NCBI RefSeq assembly: GCF_000020025.1
Contig: NC_010628.1
Span: 4,560,001-4,592,000, forward strand
Direction: 5' to 3'
Length of the DNA stretch: 32,000 bases
From: Nostoc punctiforme PCC 73102
Lineage (GTDB): Bacteria > Cyanobacteriota > Cyanobacteriia > Cyanobacteriales > Nostocaceae
Shown here: piece after piece, positions 25,074 through 32,000 of the stretch
How positions within the stretch are numbered: position 1 is the stretch's first letter
Layout of the letters: every line of letters starts with the position of its first letter
Made by a program: the position numbers and the translations under genes
Notes under the pieces: model-generated
What the model saw: only the letters and a program-made list of their open reading frames with translations
Databases searched by the model: none
Told to the model about the DNA's origin: nothing

Positions 25074-25643
25074 ATGACGACATCAACAACGATTAACAAA
25101 GGCGATCGCCTCCTGCATCAAAATGTTCTCGGTTCTCGTCGGTTCAGTAACTACTGGTGGGCAACTATTGTTACCTTGGGAGCAAGCGGCTTTTTACTGG
25201 CTGGGATATCCAGCTACTTAAAAGTTAATTTACTCATAGTTTCCGATCCAACTCAACTAGTATTTGTCCCCCAAGGATTGGTGATGGGGTTATATGGTGC
25301 TGCTGGCTTGCTATTAGCCACATACCTATGGCTAGTGATTTTATTGGATGTGGGTGGCGGCTACAACGAATTTAATCAGGAAACTGGCACAATCAAAATC
25401 TTCCGTTGGGGTTTTCCGGGCAAAAACCGCCGAATTGAGATTGATAGCCGCATAGAAGATGTACAATCTGTACGAATAGCCGTCAAAGAAGGCCTTAATC
25501 CTATTCGCGCCCTCTATCTACGCATTAAGGGGCGGCGAGATATTCCCTTAACACGGGTTGGACAACCCTTATCTTTAACAGAGTTGGAAACAGAAGGTGC
25601 AAAGTTAGCCCGCTTTTTGGGAGTATCGTTAGAAGGACTTTAA
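25074..25643 (+). CDS. ycf4: Photosystem I assembly protein Ycf4
   Basis: It contains GSRRFSNYWWATIVTLGASGFLLAGISSYL and two TM helices, followed by FRWGFPGKNRRIEI. The track start at 25029 is a GTG. The ATG at 25074 (MTTSTTINKGD...) gives 189 aa, which is a typical length. Confidence 0.9.
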   Translation: MTTSTTINKGDRLLHQNVLGSRRFSNYWWATIVTLGASGFLLAGISSYLKVNLLIVSDPTQLVFVPQGLVMGLYGAAGLLLATYLWLVILLDVGGGYNEFNQETGTIKIFRWGFPGKNRRIEIDSRIEDVQSVRIAVKEGLNPIRALYLRIKGRRDIPLTRVGQPLSLTELETEGAKLARFLGVSLEGL

Positions 25644-25649
25644 GTGATA

Positions 25650-25766
25650 GGGCATAGGGCATGGGGTACAAAAGGCAGAGGTGCAAAGAGGCAGAGGGGA
25701 AAGACTTACTGTAACTTTTCCCCATTCCTCATTCCCCATTCCTCATTCCCCATTCCTCATTCCCTC
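25650..25766. repeat. Heptamer (STRR-like) array pair just after the ycf4 stop
   Basis: The G-rich arm is GGGCATAGGGCATGGGGTA...GGCAGAGGTGCAAAGAGGCAGAGGGGA. The C-rich arm is (CCCCATTCCTCATT) x3 plus CCCTC (25720..25766). The arms are imperfectly complementary. Confidence 0.7.
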
Positions 25767-25806
25767 TTGAAACGATAAGATACTCTGGTTAAATCAGTAA
25801 CTGGCA

Positions 25807-26592
25807 ATGCGGTTAAAAATTTCACAATTTTTGCTTTCTCTTGTGCTTATCAGTGCTGTGATGCTTGGAGGATGTTCAACACAGCAGGTAGCTTCTAATA
25901 CCTCTTCTCCAACCTCGACAGCTACCTCGACTACCCAGACGACTACTCAAGCAACATCTGTATCTCAAACTAGTAGTGAGAGTATTCCTGGAATCACTGG
26001 TTTACCACGTCTTGAAGGCAAGGCGACTGTGGTAATGACGGTTAAAGGTTCGCCCATTACTATCGAAGTAGACGGCACTGATGCCCCCATTACAGCTGGT
26101 AACTTCGTAGATTTAGTTCAAAAGGGCGTTTACGATGGTTTAGCTTTCCATCGAGTTGTACGCGAACCCCAACCGTTTGTAGTTCAAGGGGGCGATCCTC
26201 AAAGCAAAGACCCGAAAGTTCCAGCAGATCAGCTGGGAACGGGTAGCTATATTGACCCAAAAACGGGAAATGCTCGCTACATACCTTTAGAAGTTAAGCC
26301 AAAAGGTTCGGATACTCCGCTTTACAACAAACCATTTGATGCTACTGCTCAACCCGTTATATTGCCTCATAAACAGGGTGCAGTAGCGATGGCGCGATCG
26401 CAAGCACCAGATTCCGCTTCTGCTCAGTTTTACTTTGCTTTGGCGGATCTAGCCTTCTTGGATGGTAACTACGCCGTGTTTGGCAATGTCACTCAAGGCT
26501 TGGATGTAGTGAACAAAATTCAGCAAGGCGATCGCATTGACTCTGCTAAAGTCACCCAAGGGGCTGAAAATCTGAAAACAGCAGGGCAGTAG
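25807..26592 (+). CDS. Cyclophilin-type peptidyl-prolyl cis-trans isomerase, lipoprotein or lumenal form
   Basis: It has a signal peptide with the lipobox VMLGGC, then a Ser/Thr-rich linker. The cyclophilin core follows: [43 protein letters not shown] and [13 protein letters not shown]. Confidence 0.9.
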   Translation: MRLKISQFLLSLVLISAVMLGGCSTQQVASNTSSPTSTATSTTQTTTQATSVSQTSSESIPGITGLPRLEGKATVVMTVKGSPITIEVDGTDAPITAGNFVDLVQKGVYDGLAFHRVVREPQPFVVQGGDPQSKDPKVPADQLGTGSYIDPKTGNARYIPLEVKPKGSDTPLYNKPFDATAQPVILPHKQGAVAMARSQAPDSASAQFYFALADLAFLDGNYAVFGNVTQGLDVVNKIQQGDRIDSAKVTQGAENLKTAGQ

Positions 26593-26615
26593 GAGGAAGA
26601 GAGCAGGGGGAGCAT

Positions 26616-26683
26616 ACTTCTCTACGAGAGGCTGCGCCCTAAGCGTAGCTATGCCGCAGGCTTTACGACTACGCTCAGTAACC
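26616..26683 (+). repeat. 68-bp GC-rich small dispersed repeat, copy 1 (nested in heptamer arrays)
   Basis: ACTTCTCTACGAGAGGCTGCGCCCTAAGCGTAGCTATGCCGCAGGCTTTACGACTACGCTCAGTAACC matches the reverse complement of 31509..31576 with about 8 mismatches. It is flanked by GAGGAAG..AGCAGGGGGAG on both sides, and the array TAACTCC TAACTTC TAACTCC follows at 26718..26742. Confidence 0.8.
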
Positions 26684-26747
26684 GGGGTAGGCAGAGGAAG
26701 CAGGGGGAGAATAACTACTAACTCCTAACTTCTAACTCCTAAATTTA

Positions 26748-27896
26748 GTGAAAGTTCTTGTCACTGGTATTGGCCTAGTTTCCGCCCTGGGTGGAAGTTT
26801 AGAGGATAGTTGGAAAAATCTGATAGCAGGTAAATCTGGAATTAGGTTACATCAACCATTTCCAGAAATAAAACCACTTCCTCTAGGTTTGATTGCTCAA
26901 CAACCATCTGAGTTGGCAATGTTAACTCAAATGGTTGTTACTTCTGCTTTACAAGATGCTGGGTTAGTTCCACCTTTAGCTGATTGTGCTGTCGTCATTG
27001 GATCTAGCCGCTCTTATCAAGCATCTTGGGAGATGCTGGCGCGGCAAATGTATAAAGATACAAAAAACTTGCCCGTTTCTAATTTTGGAAATTGGTTAGA
27101 TATATTACCTCATATCAATGCGATCGCAACTGCAAGACAAATCGGTGCAACAGGTATGGTTTTGGCACCGATGGCAGCTTGTGCAACTGGAATTTGGTCT
27201 ATCGCCCAAGCAGCCTTACTTATACAAACTGGGCAATGTCAACAGGCGATCGCAGGCGCAGTGGAAGCACCAATTACACCCCTAACTTTAGCTGGGTTTC
27301 AGCAGATGGGTGCTTTGGCGAAAACTGGGGCTTATCCCTTTGATTTGCAGCGAGAAGGCTTAGTTTTGGGCGAAGGTGCGGCTGTATTTGTCTTAGAATC
27401 CGCAGAGTTGGCAAAACAGCGTCAAGCAAAAGTGTATGGTGAAATTCTCGGTTTTGGCTTAACTAACGACGCATATCATAGTAATTCACCGGAACCTGAA
27501 GGGAAAAGTGCGATCGCAGCTATCAAACAATGTCTAGAACGTAGTTGTCTCTCACCAGCCGATATTGATTACATTCATGCTCATGGCACAGCAACCCAGC
27601 TAAATGACCAGATGGAGAGTATGGTAATCCAGCGCTTGTTTCCCCAAGGCGTGGCAGTTAGTTCTACCAAAGGAAGCACAGGTCATACACTAGGAGCATC
27701 GGGAGCATTAGGTGTAGCTTTTTCTCTCATGGCATTAAAGCATCAAATATTACCGCCTTGTGTAGGATTGCAGCAGCCAGAATTTGATTTAGAAATCGTT
27801 ACAGCAGCACGTCTAAGCAAAATTAGGCAGGTTTTATGCTTGAGTTTTGGCTTTGGTGGACAGAATGTCGCGATCGCGTTAGCTAAGTCCCCATAG
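26748..27896 (+). CDS. Beta-ketoacyl-ACP synthase family protein (KAS II-like)
   Basis: 382 aa with a GTG start. The catalytic triad contexts are MAACATG (Cys), IHAHGTAT (His) and STKGSTGHTLGASG (Lys/His). The C-terminus is SFGFGGQN. Confidence 0.85.
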   Translation: MKVLVTGIGLVSALGGSLEDSWKNLIAGKSGIRLHQPFPEIKPLPLGLIAQQPSELAMLTQMVVTSALQDAGLVPPLADCAVVIGSSRSYQASWEMLARQMYKDTKNLPVSNFGNWLDILPHINAIATARQIGATGMVLAPMAACATGIWSIAQAALLIQTGQCQQAIAGAVEAPITPLTLAGFQQMGALAKTGAYPFDLQREGLVLGEGAAVFVLESAELAKQRQAKVYGEILGFGLTNDAYHSNSPEPEGKSAIAAIKQCLERSCLSPADIDYIHAHGTATQLNDQMESMVIQRLFPQGVAVSSTKGSTGHTLGASGALGVAFSLMALKHQILPPCVGLQQPEFDLEIVTAARLSKIRQVLCLSFGFGGQNVAIALAKSP

Positions 27897-28034
27897 TACT
27901 TTGTACCTACAGCACAATATAAAATATAAAACTGTAACAAAAAATACAAAATTTTTATTTTTCTCAAAAAAAGGATAAGCTAGTTACAGAATGATATCCG
28001 GTTCGTAAAGATACCGTGATTAGGAGAAAATTTT

Positions 28035-29324
28035 ATGATTTCAAAATCACTACTACCGCTAGAACCTGCTTCTCCAGCGCATATATGCCCATTTGACCAA
28101 GCCTGTAGCTACTTAGAAGCGGCAGCTAAAGAATTAAATTTAAATCAAGGTTTGCTGGAAATCCTCAGCCATCCGCGTAAGGTTGTCACAGTTTCCATTC
28201 CAGTGAAACTAGATGATGGCGAAATACAAGTTCTTGCTGGACACCGTGTACAGCACTCCGATGTTTTAGGCCCCTACAAAGGTGGAATTCGTTACCATCC
28301 AGCTGTGACATTGCGCGAAGTATCGGCTTTGGCAATGCTGATGACCTGGAAATGTGCCTTGTTAGGTATTCCTTATGGTGGTGGGAAGGGTGGCATTCCT
28401 ATAGATCCAAAACGCTACAGTGTTGGCGAATTAGAGCGAATTAGCCGCCGTTATATCAGTGAGTTACTTAAAGATATTGGGCCTTCTGTAGATATTCCTG
28501 CGCCAGACATGGGTACTTCTGCTCGTGAAATGGCTTGGATGATGGACACTTACTCTGTAAATGTTGGTCATGCTGTACCAGGGGTTGTGACTGGCAAACC
28601 GCTTTCCATTGGTGGTTCTCTGGGGCGAGAAATGGCAACTGGACGTGGCACAATGATTATTGTGCGTGAGGCGCTAGCAGATCGAGGTAAATCCTTAGTA
28701 GGAGTGCGAGTAGCTATTCAGGGTTTTGGTAATGTCGGTGGTGCCGCAGCTGAATTACTCCATCAAGCAGGCGCGAAAATTATCGCTGTTTCAACAGGTG
28801 CTGGGGGAATATTTTCCGAAGCTGGTCTTGATATTCCCGCGTTGAAAATCTACGCTGCTGAAAATCGCAAGAGTATTGTAGGTTTCCCGCAATCTGTACC
28901 AATAAGTAATGCAGATTTATTAACTTTACCCTGCGATGTCTTAATACCAGCGGCTTTAGAAAACCAGATAACTGGAGAAAATGTGAATCAGGTGCAAGCG
29001 CAAATTGTCGCAGAAGCAGCTAACGGGCCGGTTACTCTTGAAGCTAACTTGGCATTAGAGGCGCGGGGTGTAACAGTGCTACCAGACATCTTGGCGAATG
29101 CTGGTGGTGTGGTAGTCAGTTATTTGGAGTGGGTGCAGGGTCTTTCTTACGTATTTTGGGATGAGGAGCGCGTTAACCGCGAAATGGAGCATTTGATGGT
29201 ACAAGCCTACCGTAAGGTGATTCAGCAATCTAATAAGCGGCAAATTTCTTTAAGATTAGCAGCTTACACTTTAGGCGTGGGTAGAGTTGCCCAGGCCCTG
29301 ACTGACAGAGGTCTTTATCCTTAA
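28035..29324 (+). CDS. gdhA: Glutamate dehydrogenase (Glu/Leu/Phe/Val dehydrogenase family)
   Basis: 429 aa. It has GPYKGGIRYHP and LLGIPYGGGKGG (catalytic Lys region), the dinucleotide fold VAIQGFGNVGG, and ANAGGVVVSYLEWVQ. Confidence 0.9.
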   Translation: MISKSLLPLEPASPAHICPFDQACSYLEAAAKELNLNQGLLEILSHPRKVVTVSIPVKLDDGEIQVLAGHRVQHSDVLGPYKGGIRYHPAVTLREVSALAMLMTWKCALLGIPYGGGKGGIPIDPKRYSVGELERISRRYISELLKDIGPSVDIPAPDMGTSAREMAWMMDTYSVNVGHAVPGVVTGKPLSIGGSLGREMATGRGTMIIVREALADRGKSLVGVRVAIQGFGNVGGAAAELLHQAGAKIIAVSTGAGGIFSEAGLDIPALKIYAAENRKSIVGFPQSVPISNADLLTLPCDVLIPAALENQITGENVNQVQAQIVAEAANGPVTLEANLALEARGVTVLPDILANAGGVVVSYLEWVQGLSYVFWDEERVNREMEHLMVQAYRKVIQQSNKRQISLRLAAYTLGVGRVAQALTDRGLYP

Positions 29325-29445
29325 TATTTAGGAAGATACAATATTTTGAATTGAATAGACCAGATGTTTAGGGGTGCGATATTATATTGTGCCCCTACAA
29401 TTACATAGCGATCGCTGCTAATATAACTTCGATTCAAGATACACC

Positions 29446-29479
29446 GTTAGGAGCGTAGAGCTAGCTTTACGCTCCTAAC
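29446..29479. terminator. Perfect 12-bp-stem hairpin between convergent genes (candidate bidirectional terminator)
   Basis: GTTAGGAGCGTA-GAGCTAGCTT-TACGCTCCTAAC lies between the gdhA stop (29324) and the oxidoreductase stop (29497). There is no strong U-tract. Confidence 0.5.
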
Positions 29480-29496
29480 AATGTATCTGTTATTAT

Positions 29497-30618
29497 TTAC
29501 GACTCACCAGAAGGGGAAGCAGCATGAATTAAATCTGGCTTCTTCTCAGCAGGAGGAAGTTCAATAGCTTGAGTCGATGTGGGACGTTGATGGCGAGCGC
29601 GAGTTTGGATCTGCACAGGTTTACCCATCTCAATTGACTGGTAAAGTGCTTGAATGATCGAAACATCAATCAACCCTTCTGTCCCAGATGGCTCAGGGTC
29701 TTTATCTTGCACAATACAATCAGAGAAGTAGGTAAATTCAGCTGCTAGTTGGTCATGATCCTCAAAGGTACGCTCTTGAGTTTCACCATTAATTGTCAAA
29801 TAATGCTTGATTTCTCCCTGCCAAGGATAGGCAGGTTCTACTCGTAAATCTCCTTTAGTACCTACAACCTGATAGGTTGAAACATTTGCCCCTCCAAAAC
29901 TACAGGTAAATGTTGCCAATCGCTCGTTGGGAAAACGCAAAGTGACACTAGTCATTTCTTCCACTTCGCTGAAACGTTGTTCTCCCTTATTGGCAGCTAC
30001 AGCAAATACTTCAATTGGTTCATCTTGAAATAGATAACGTACAGCATTAATGCAGTAAATGCCGATATCATAGAGCGTGCCACCACCAGTTACATTACGT
30101 AAACGAATATTGCCTTCTTCTACTTGTTGACTAAAAACCGAGTTAAAAACACGTGGTTCACCAATTTGCTTCGAGCGGATAATTTCGACTGCTTGTAAAT
30201 TGGCTTCTTCTAAATGTAAGCGATAGGCAATCATCAGCTTGACATTATTATCATTGGCAGCTTTAATCATTGCCTCACACTCTTCTTCTGTCACTGCCAT
30301 TGGCTTTTCACACAACACATGAATTGCCTGATTAGCAGCCCGCACAGTGTAGTCACAATGCAAGTGATTGGGCAAAGCAATATAAACTGCATCAATCTCG
30401 CCGCTTGCCAAACAGTCCTCATACTCCTCATAGGAGTAAGTATGCTCTATTCCATACTTTTTGCTCAGTTCTTCGCTTTTAATGGGGTCATCTGAAACCA
30501 GTGCCACTAATTCTGAGTTTTTGGCGTGGACAAAGGAAGGTAAGGCGGCTTCTTGAGCAAACCAACCTAAACCAACAACAGCATAACGAATTTTGCGCTT
30601 ACCATTTGTAGCAGTCAT
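29497..30618 (-). CDS. Gfo/Idh/MocA family oxidoreductase
   Basis: 373 aa. The N-terminal Rossmann fold is IRYAVVGLGWFAQEAALPSF. EKPMA is the family signature motif. Confidence 0.85.
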   Translation of the reverse strand: MTATNGKRKIRYAVVGLGWFAQEAALPSFVHAKNSELVALVSDDPIKSEELSKKYGIEHTYSYEEYEDCLASGEIDAVYIALPNHLHCDYTVRAANQAIHVLCEKPMAVTEEECEAMIKAANDNNVKLMIAYRLHLEEANLQAVEIIRSKQIGEPRVFNSVFSQQVEEGNIRLRNVTGGGTLYDIGIYCINAVRYLFQDEPIEVFAVAANKGEQRFSEVEEMTSVTLRFPNERLATFTCSFGGANVSTYQVVGTKGDLRVEPAYPWQGEIKHYLTINGETQERTFEDHDQLAAEFTYFSDCIVQDKDPEPSGTEGLIDVSIIQALYQSIEMGKPVQIQTRARHQRPTSTQAIELPPAEKKPDLIHAASPSGES

Positions 30619-30716
30619 TTTTCTCCTCTCTGATAAAGGAATATTTTGCTAAATGCACCAATTACCTTTGAATTAGGACTAACTGTTTATACAAATACTG
30701 AGAAGAAATTAGGTTC

Positions 30717-31205
30717 CTACATTGCTAATGCAGCTTCTACATTTGACACCAACTTAGCTTTGGTTTCCTGAAACTCCTGTCCCAATTCAGTTAGCTCTTT
30801 ATCACTCATACATTCGCGCACAGCATTAAAAATTTCGCTTTCTTCTTCTTCTGCATGATGCTCAAATGTTTCCTTCAATTCGCTCATTTTTTCTTTAAAC
30901 TCAGGATCGGTAGGTTTAAACGCCTTAATCTCTTCTAAAATAACTGAAACTTCTTCATGCTCTTCTTCAGCTTCTTCAACATATTGTTCAGTTTCTTCGT
31001 ATTCTCGCAAAGCTGGGTAGAAAACTAATTCTTCAGTTCTAGCATGTAATATCAACGCTACATAAATTTGATTGAATTGTTCAACTAATTTTGCACCCTT
31101 AGCTTTTTCTACTTCTGTAAAAAGCTTTTCAACTTGACGATGCTCTGCTTCAATTAATGCCAAAATGCCTGTTGCTTTATCTTTATTAGCTTTAGTTCTA
31201 GCCAT
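30717..31205 (-). CDS. Hemerythrin (HHE cation-binding) domain protein
   Basis: 162 aa and acidic. The H/E ligand pattern is EAEHRQVEKLF, LHARTEELVFYPAL, EEEHEEV and FEHHAEEEESEIF. Confidence 0.65.
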   Translation of the reverse strand: MARTKANKDKATGILALIEAEHRQVEKLFTEVEKAKGAKLVEQFNQIYVALILHARTEELVFYPALREYEETEQYVEEAEEEHEEVSVILEEIKAFKPTDPEFKEKMSELKETFEHHAEEEESEIFNAVRECMSDKELTELGQEFQETKAKLVSNVEAALAM

Positions 31206-31508
31206 TTCTTTTCCCCTTATTAATTAGAGATTTATAGGGCTGAGAATTTGGAGGTTGATGAATGAGAACTCGTATATTCTCAATGAATTGCTAAATTAAA
31301 ACCTCATTCTTTCAGTAAGCTTTAGTTTAGACTTAAGGAATATTTCCGCTATTGCAACCTAACTGAAATTCATAACCTCAGCATGATGGATACAGAGTAT
31401 GTAGCGTTAGCAGCCCAAGAATACGGCTCAATCATCAACCATACGACCTGTGAACGCCCAAAAAGTGGCTATGGCAGTAAGATGATGAATGCGATCGATG
31501 CCTGCGAC

Positions 31509-31576
31509 GGTCACTGAGCGCAGCCGTAAAGCCTGCGGCATAGCTACGCTTAACGCGGAGCGTCTCGTAGAGAAGT
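31509..31576 (-). repeat. 68-bp GC-rich small dispersed repeat, copy 2 (inverted relative to copy 1)
   Basis: The reverse complement ACTTCTCTACGAGACGCTCCGCGTTAAGCGTAGCTATGCCGCAGGCTTTACGGCTGCGCTCAGTGACC aligns with 26616..26683. Confidence 0.8.
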
Positions 31577-31723
31577 GCGGGCTACGCCTACGCCTCTGAA
31601 CTTGTAGATGGTGCATGGGAAATGTCAGCTTTGCCTGATGGACAAGTGCAAGTCACACTGAGTTGGCGTTTACCCTCAGTCGAGCTGGCTAAATTAAAAA
31701 AATAGTAGGAGTTCGGCTAGTCT

Positions 31724-32000
31724 ATGGTAAAACCAATAATCCAATCAGCAACTCAAACTTTATACAACGAAGATTATTACCTCTGGCTGAGGACAACTAT
31801 CAATCAACTTCGTGCTGGACAGTTTTCTGCTGTTGATTTAGATAATTTGTTAGAAGAATTAGAAACTATGGGTAGAAGGGAGAAGCGAGCAATTGAAAGT
31901 TTATTAATTAAGCTTCTTCAATATCTACTAAAACTCAAGTGTTGGGATGAAGAGCGAGAACGTAATCTAGGACATTGGAAAGGGGAAATCAGGACTTTTC
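31724..32000 (+). CDS. DUF29 domain-containing protein; the 3' end runs off the window
   Basis: Not in the ORF track because it runs off the edge. The ATG at 31724 reads MVKPIIQSATQTLYNEDYYLWLRTTINQLRAGQFSAVDLDNLLEELETMGRREKRAIESLLIKLLQYLLKLKCW. The LY..D[FY]Y.W......LR.G.F...D..NL.EE.E..GR.EKR pattern is typical of DUF29. Confidence 0.75.
   Translation, partial: MVKPIIQSATQTLYNEDYYLWLRTTINQLRAGQFSAVDLDNLLEELETMGRREKRAIESLLIKLLQYLLKLKCWDEERERNLGHWKGEIRTF

Noticed and set aside
25525-25725. 66-aa minus ORF at the ycf4 3' end
   Set aside because: It overlaps ycf4 antisense and extends into the heptamer array, so it is repeat-generated.
27092-28653. Short ORFs inside or antisense to the KAS and gdhA genes (27092..27343, 27743..27967, 28468..28653)
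   Set aside because: They are out-of-frame or antisense overlaps with well-supported CDSs.
31428-31616. 62-aa minus ORF
   Set aside because: It is largely composed of the 68-bp GC-rich dispersed repeat (31509..31576). Its Arg-rich sequence has no motifs.
31621-31704. 27-codon + ORF (MSALPDGQVQVTLSWRLPSVELAKLKK) just before the DUF29 gene
   Set aside because: It is too short to support and has no recognisable family. It may be a remnant, but I cannot show that.

Overview
This 32-kb chromosomal segment reads as a filamentous Nostoc/Anabaena-type cyanobacterium. The basis is psbD-psbC, ycf4, more than 20 copies (by eye) of the HIP1 octamer GCGATCGC, and STRR-type heptamer arrays. Core genes from left to right: partial EamA transporter (-), fatty-acid-hydroxylase-family protein (+), DUF427 (-), an ergothioneine pair of OvoA-like sulfoxide synthase plus EgtD (-), pnp (-), GNAT (-), an SNF2 helicase (+, split by an IS4-family insertion) with its SWIM zinc-finger partner (+), a small PCP_red-domain protein (-), psbC and psbD (-), ycf4 (+), lipoprotein cyclophilin (+), KAS-family condensing enzyme (+), glutamate dehydrogenase (+), Gfo/Idh/MocA oxidoreductase (-), hemerythrin-like protein (-) and partial DUF29 (+). 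A dense mobile and repeat layer sits over these genes. It includes an intact-looking IS4-type element with a 9-10 bp target duplication and an IS5-type element whose transposase is frameshifted twice. It also includes a ~160-bp MITE with terminal inverted repeats and a target duplication, a degenerate second copy of that MITE, small GC-rich dispersed repeats, and heptamer hairpin arrays, one of which lies in frame inside the SNF2 CDS. The stand-out region is 15.7-21.5 kb. It is a HIP1-free, visibly AT-rich ~5.8-kb insertion lying between the C- and N-terminal remnants of what looks like one Uma2-family endonuclease gene. It is bracketed by two diverged direct copies of a ~140-bp repeat and contains gene debris. 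It carries one intact 821-aa ORF of a family I do not recognise, built from two tandem ~130-aa N-terminal domains, a Gly/Ser linker, seven 31-aa Q/N-rich tandem repeats and a helical C-terminal region. I cannot assign this ORF a function from sequence alone, but it is the best candidate here for something undescribed. I recognised no rRNA, tRNA or CRISPR array. The ORF track uses TTG and GTG as starts, so several starts below are moved to more plausible codons.
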